DNA from: Mageeibacillus sp. UBA5438
GTDB taxonomy: Bacteria > Bacillota > Clostridia > Saccharofermentanales > DTU023
Assembly: GCA_002427535.1 (NCBI GenBank)
Contig: DIRK01000043.1
Span: 1-45,467, forward strand
Direction of reading: 5' to 3'
DNA length: 45,467 nt
The translations under genes were made by a program, and so were the position numbers. Shown here in pieces: positions 43,517 through 45,467 of the stretch. Below the pieces are notes generated by a model that was not told the DNA's origin, made no database searches, and saw nothing but the letters and a program-made list of their open reading frames with translations. Each line of letters opens with the position of its first letter. Within the stretch, counting starts at the first letter, position 1.

Positions 43517-44338
43517 GTGTGTTCCATTTTTGACAAGTTTTTATCTTCGCTTTGGGAGCATCTTCGACCGGGTGGCCGAGACATCGGTGAGTCGATTCGA
43601 GCGGCCATTAATTTTGCCCCACAGTTTTATTTAAAGATAGGGCGCTTCACAATCCCTGTGACAGGCGCCATGATTTCACTTATCGCAAGTGTGATCTTGC
43701 TCACGATCTTGGCCTTTTGGCTTAGACGCGGATTAAAAAAATACGAGATAACAGGCAAACAGGCGCTCACAGAAAAACTCTATTTTGCGGTCATAAGCCT
43801 CGGGGTCAGTTCGGGGCTAAAACGTGATCAGGCGGAGACCGTTCTGCCCTGGACGCTTGGCATTGGCCTTTATATTTTCACAAGCAATGTGGTCGCCATC
43901 GCGGAAATGTCCGCTTCGGCCGTGAATCCCGCCGTGCCCGTGTCGCTTGCGCTTTACACCCTCGTGTTCGTCATCGCGATGGGCATTCATCTTGTGGGGA
44001 TCAAGGGTTTTGGTCATTCACTCATCGATCCCATGCCGGGCTTATTGCCTTTTAACATCCTCGACTACATGATCAAGCCGGTCTCTTTGGCCTTGCGTCT
44101 ATTTGGCAATGTCTTTGGCGCCTTCATTCTCATCGCGGTCCTCCGCACGATTATGCCTCTTATCTTGCCCAGCCTGTTCGGGCTTTGGTTTGACGTGGCG
44201 GATGCGTTGATTCAGGCCCTCATATTTGTGTATCTTACGACGAGCTACTTAGGCGAAGTCGTTGAAAAAGCGGACAATACAGCGGAGCGCCTCGCTTCGA
44301 AAAAAGAACAATCAGAACAACAGAAAGTAAAGGTGTAG
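43517..44338 (+). CDS. atpB: F0F1 ATP synthase subunit a
   Basis: Polytopic membrane protein with the conserved Arg block (PVSLALRLFGNVFGAFIL), located upstream of the c and b subunit genes. GTG start is uncertain. Confidence 0.85.
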   Translation: MCSIFDKFLSSLWEHLRPGGRDIGESIRAAINFAPQFYLKIGRFTIPVTGAMISLIASVILLTILAFWLRRGLKKYEITGKQALTEKLYFAVISLGVSSGLKRDQAETVLPWTLGIGLYIFTSNVVAIAEMSASAVNPAVPVSLALYTLVFVIAMGIHLVGIKGFGHSLIDPMPGLLPFNILDYMIKPVSLALRLFGNVFGAFILIAVLRTIMPLILPSLFGLWFDVADALIQALIFVYLTTSYLGEVVEKADNTAERLASKKEQSEQQKVKV

Positions 44339-44340
44339 AC

Positions 44341-44568
44341 ATGGATAAAGCATTAATCGCGCTTGCTTCAGCCCTTGCAATCGGTGTCGTGGCAGCGGTC
44401 GCGGCGTTTGGAATCAGCAGAGCCGCAAGTAAGGCATTTGAATCGATGGCCAAACAGCCGGAGGCGGGCGGTAGAATTCAAACCTCGCTTATCACGGCGA
44501 TTGTATTTATTGAAACCTGCGTGATTTTCGCGCTCGTGGTCGCGCTTCTTCTTGTCTTTGTGTTTTAA
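44341..44568 (+). CDS. atpE: F0F1 ATP synthase subunit c
   Basis: 75-aa hairpin proteolipid. Loop AKQPE; ion-binding Glu in helix 2 (VFIETCVIF). Confidence 0.9.
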   Translation: MDKALIALASALAIGVVAAVAAFGISRAASKAFESMAKQPEAGGRIQTSLITAIVFIETCVIFALVVALLLVFVF

Positions 44569-44582
44569 GAAAGGACGAACAG

Positions 44583-45119
44583 ATGATCAACGTCATCGCC
44601 GAAAAGTCCGTCGATTTCACTTCGCCTGAAGTTCTGGCAGGTTACGCCGCAACTGCAATTGTCGCGGTTGTCGGTTTGTTGTTGACGATTTTTATTTTGA
44701 AGAAAGTCCTGTTCAAGCCCCTAAAGAAGATCATGGACGAACGGCAACGTGAAATAGATGAGGCGGTCGAACAAAACAACCGTCAGTCGGAGGCACTGGC
44801 TGAGCGTGAAAGCAAGATGAAACGGCTGGAGGACGAGCAGCAAGAAGCGCTCGATCAAAAGCGCCGCGAGCTCGAGACGCGCTTGGCGCAAAAAGAAGCG
44901 GAGATCTTGGCCCGAGCAGAAGAAGAGGCACAAACGAAGCTCAACGAAGCGGATCGCCAAATAGAACACAGACAAAAAGGCGAAGAAGAACGCGTGTACC
45001 AGGAAGCGGTTGACCTTGCCATTTCGGCCATGAGTCAACTGTACGACCGAGAACTGTCAAACGAGGAAGCCTTGGCATTGGAGCGTTCCATCGGAAAAGA
45101 GGGATCCCTTGAAGCCTGA
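44583..45119 (+). CDS. atpF: F0F1 ATP synthase subunit b
   Basis: N-terminal TM, then LFKPLKKIMDERQREIDEA.. and a long charged coiled coil. 178 aa. Confidence 0.88.
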   Translation: MINVIAEKSVDFTSPEVLAGYAATAIVAVVGLLLTIFILKKVLFKPLKKIMDERQREIDEAVEQNNRQSEALAERESKMKRLEDEQQEALDQKRRELETRLAQKEAEILARAEEEAQTKLNEADRQIEHRQKGEEERVYQEAVDLAISAMSQLYDRELSNEEALALERSIGKEGSLEA

Positions 45120-45467
45120 AACGGCACAGCGTGAGATATGGCGCCTTGTCCGTGAGGATCTCTTGCAAAAAAAAGAGGTCAAAGCTTGGGATGCCTACCA
45201 AAAGCTACTGCCAAAAGGAAGCGGGACAGTGCTTTCCACGGCAGACGGCATTGCCGTCGTATCGGGGATACACCATGCTATGTACGGAGAAGTTATCCGC
45301 TTTTCGGGCGGTCAGTACGGCATCGCCATGAACCTTGAAAAGGAAACGACCGGTGTCGTTTTAATAAGCGGCGAGCGATTAAAATCTGGTGATGACTGTT
45401 TCAGCACCGGGACAACCGTCCGCATGCCGACCGGGGACGCGGTGATCGGGCGCGTGTTGACGCCCTT
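45109..45467 (+). CDS. atpA: F0F1 ATP synthase subunit alpha (5' part, runs off the window)
   Basis: My own translation of the frame starting at TTG 45109 gives ..GSGTVLSTADGIAVVSGIHHAMYGEVIRFSGGQYGIAMNLEKETTGVVLISGERLKSGDDCFSTGTTVRMPTGDAVIGRVLTP. This is the canonical AtpA N-terminal beta-barrel. It is not in the ORF track because there is no stop inside the window. The start codon is uncertain. Confidence 0.85.
   Translation, partial: MKPETAQREIWRLVREDLLQKKEVKAWDAYQKLLPKGSGTVLSTADGIAVVSGIHHAMYGEVIRFSGGQYGIAMNLEKETTGVVLISGERLKSGDDCFSTGTTVRMPTGDAVIGRVLTP

Noticed and set aside
45131-45331. 66-aa ORF-track entry after atpF (MRYGALSVRISCKKK...).
   Set aside because: It is in the wrong frame. 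The adjacent frame translates into the canonical AtpA N-terminus, so this ORF is an overlap artefact and not a mini delta subunit.
43517-45467. Possibility that the delta-less atp cluster is an N-type (Na+) ATPase operon.
   Set aside because: N-ATPase operons start with atpD-atpC-atpQ-atpR. Here a terminator and a promoter directly precede atpB, and the c subunit lacks the extra Na+-ligand set (helix-1 Gln aligns to Ile). It is kept only as a comparison in the atpH finding.
1-45467. Scan for rRNA, tRNA, CRISPR arrays, IS/transposase genes, integrases, phage genes or long direct repeats.
   Set aside because: None were recognisable by eye. Intergenic regions are short and are accounted for by promoters, terminators, CIRCE and the riboswitch. 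A tRNAscan/Infernal/ISfinder run would be the formal check.

Overview
This 45.5 kb window looks like a Firmicutes/Clostridia-type chromosome. The evidence is a CIRCE-controlled hrcA-grpE-dnaK-dnaJ operon, a split gcvPA/gcvPB, lipobox lipoproteins and ECF transporters; GC is roughly 50% by eye. About 50 genes are densely packed. Housekeeping blocks are: feoA-feoB-feoC-dtxR on the minus strand, gltX-glnS, NfeD-SPFH-hemW, the dnaK heat-shock operon, gcvT-H-PA-PB, gap, and the start of an F-type ATP synthase operon (atpB-E-F-A). Accessory or poorly characterised modules sit between these blocks. The most interesting locus is 32.05-37.7 kb. It has a textbook cobalamin riboswitch with an intrinsic terminator, followed by five tightly coupled genes. 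These encode a secreted, C-terminally membrane-anchored PQQ-like beta-propeller, a DUF4430 (transcobalamin-like) exported protein, and a dedicated ECF importer (T component, fused A-A' ATPase, S component). I interpret this as a Gram-positive corrinoid capture and uptake system, with the propeller as a possible functional analogue of Bacteroides BtuG. Other notable observations are:
- feoB is split by a frameshift in an A8/T8 homopolymer that separates the P-loop from the rest of the protein.
- A J-domain protein ends in a cysteine string (11 Cys in the last 26 aa) and sits in a DUF5685/J/membrane-protein trio.
- An ADP-ribosylglycohydrolase is fused to an unknown 180-aa domain and translationally coupled to a small DUF6054-like gene.
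- Two tandem serpin lipoproteins have divergent reactive-centre loops and lie next to an ECF sigma/anti-sigma pair.
- One ECF sigma factor is fused to two transmembrane helices.
- Both ECF sigma genes are preceded by SD-driven, out-of-frame mini-ORFs that overlap their starts.
- A divergent pair of apparently catalytically degenerate peptidase homologues (S11 and M28) is present.
- The atp operon has atpA directly after atpF, with no atpH (delta).
I found no rRNA, tRNA, CRISPR array or IS element.
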